Source: Rhina ancylostomus (Eukaryota). From it: a DNA stretch of 64,000 nt. The translations under genes were made by a program, and so were the position numbers. The notes beneath the pieces were generated by a model, which made no database searches, was not told where the DNA came from, and saw nothing but the letters and a program-made list of their open reading frames with translations. The stretch spans positions 20,452,973 to 20,516,972 of the forward strand of contig JARFYF010000057.1 of the NCBI GenBank assembly GCA_030265395.1, given 5' to 3'. This document shows, piece after piece, positions 63,738 to 64,000 of this stretch. Positions within the stretch are counted from its first letter, which is position 1. Each line of letters begins with the position of its first letter.

Positions 63738-64000
63738 TGTTCAGAGCTAACCTCTGGAAAGATACAGAAGTTAGGAGTGACATGTGAAAAAAATACTTAT
63801 TTCTATTTAGTTGTAAATACACATGACTACATTACAGATCAGTTAACTTTTCATTCACACTTTGTACAGGTTGCTGGGTAGGACATCAGTTAATGCCCTT
63901 CCCTATGTCAGCGACTTGCTTGGCCATTTCAGGGGCCTGAGTCGCACCACACATTGACTTTTTAAAGTCCAGGTTCATTTAATTTCTTAATTTTAAATTC

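Overview
Eukaryotic genomic DNA with many N-gaps; the repeat content (CR1-type LINEs, V-SINE/HE1-like and DeuSINE-like SINEs, Penelope-like ends, Rex1) points to a cartilaginous fish, probably a batoid (inference). Three spliced genes were reconstructed by hand from GT-AG boundaries. (1) The first coding exon of REEP6 (minus, 6983-7097). (2) A complete 15-exon proprotein convertase (plus, 9339-31130; 2340 nt, 779 aa) assigned to PCSK4 by diagnostic residues and head-to-head linkage with REEP6. (3) A complete 3-coding-exon TMEM79-like gene (minus, 63737-40004; 1332 nt, 443 aa). The most interesting observation is that this TMEM79-like protein, likely an ohnolog not present at the matching human locus, keeps the MAPEG glutathione-binding signature (TM1 Arg, R-x3-N-x2-E, R-x2-Y...R+14) that is partly lost in human TMEM79. 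Other highlights: a triple perfect CRE cluster and two uORFs at the PCSK4 CpG island; furin-like and unusual catalytic-domain residues in PCSK4; minimal hammerhead ribozyme motifs in Penelope-like relics; nested LTR/LINE structures; CTCF-like sites; and an alternating 34/34-bp minisatellite. Comparisons with human proteins are from memory and need alignment; repeat boundaries are approximate.
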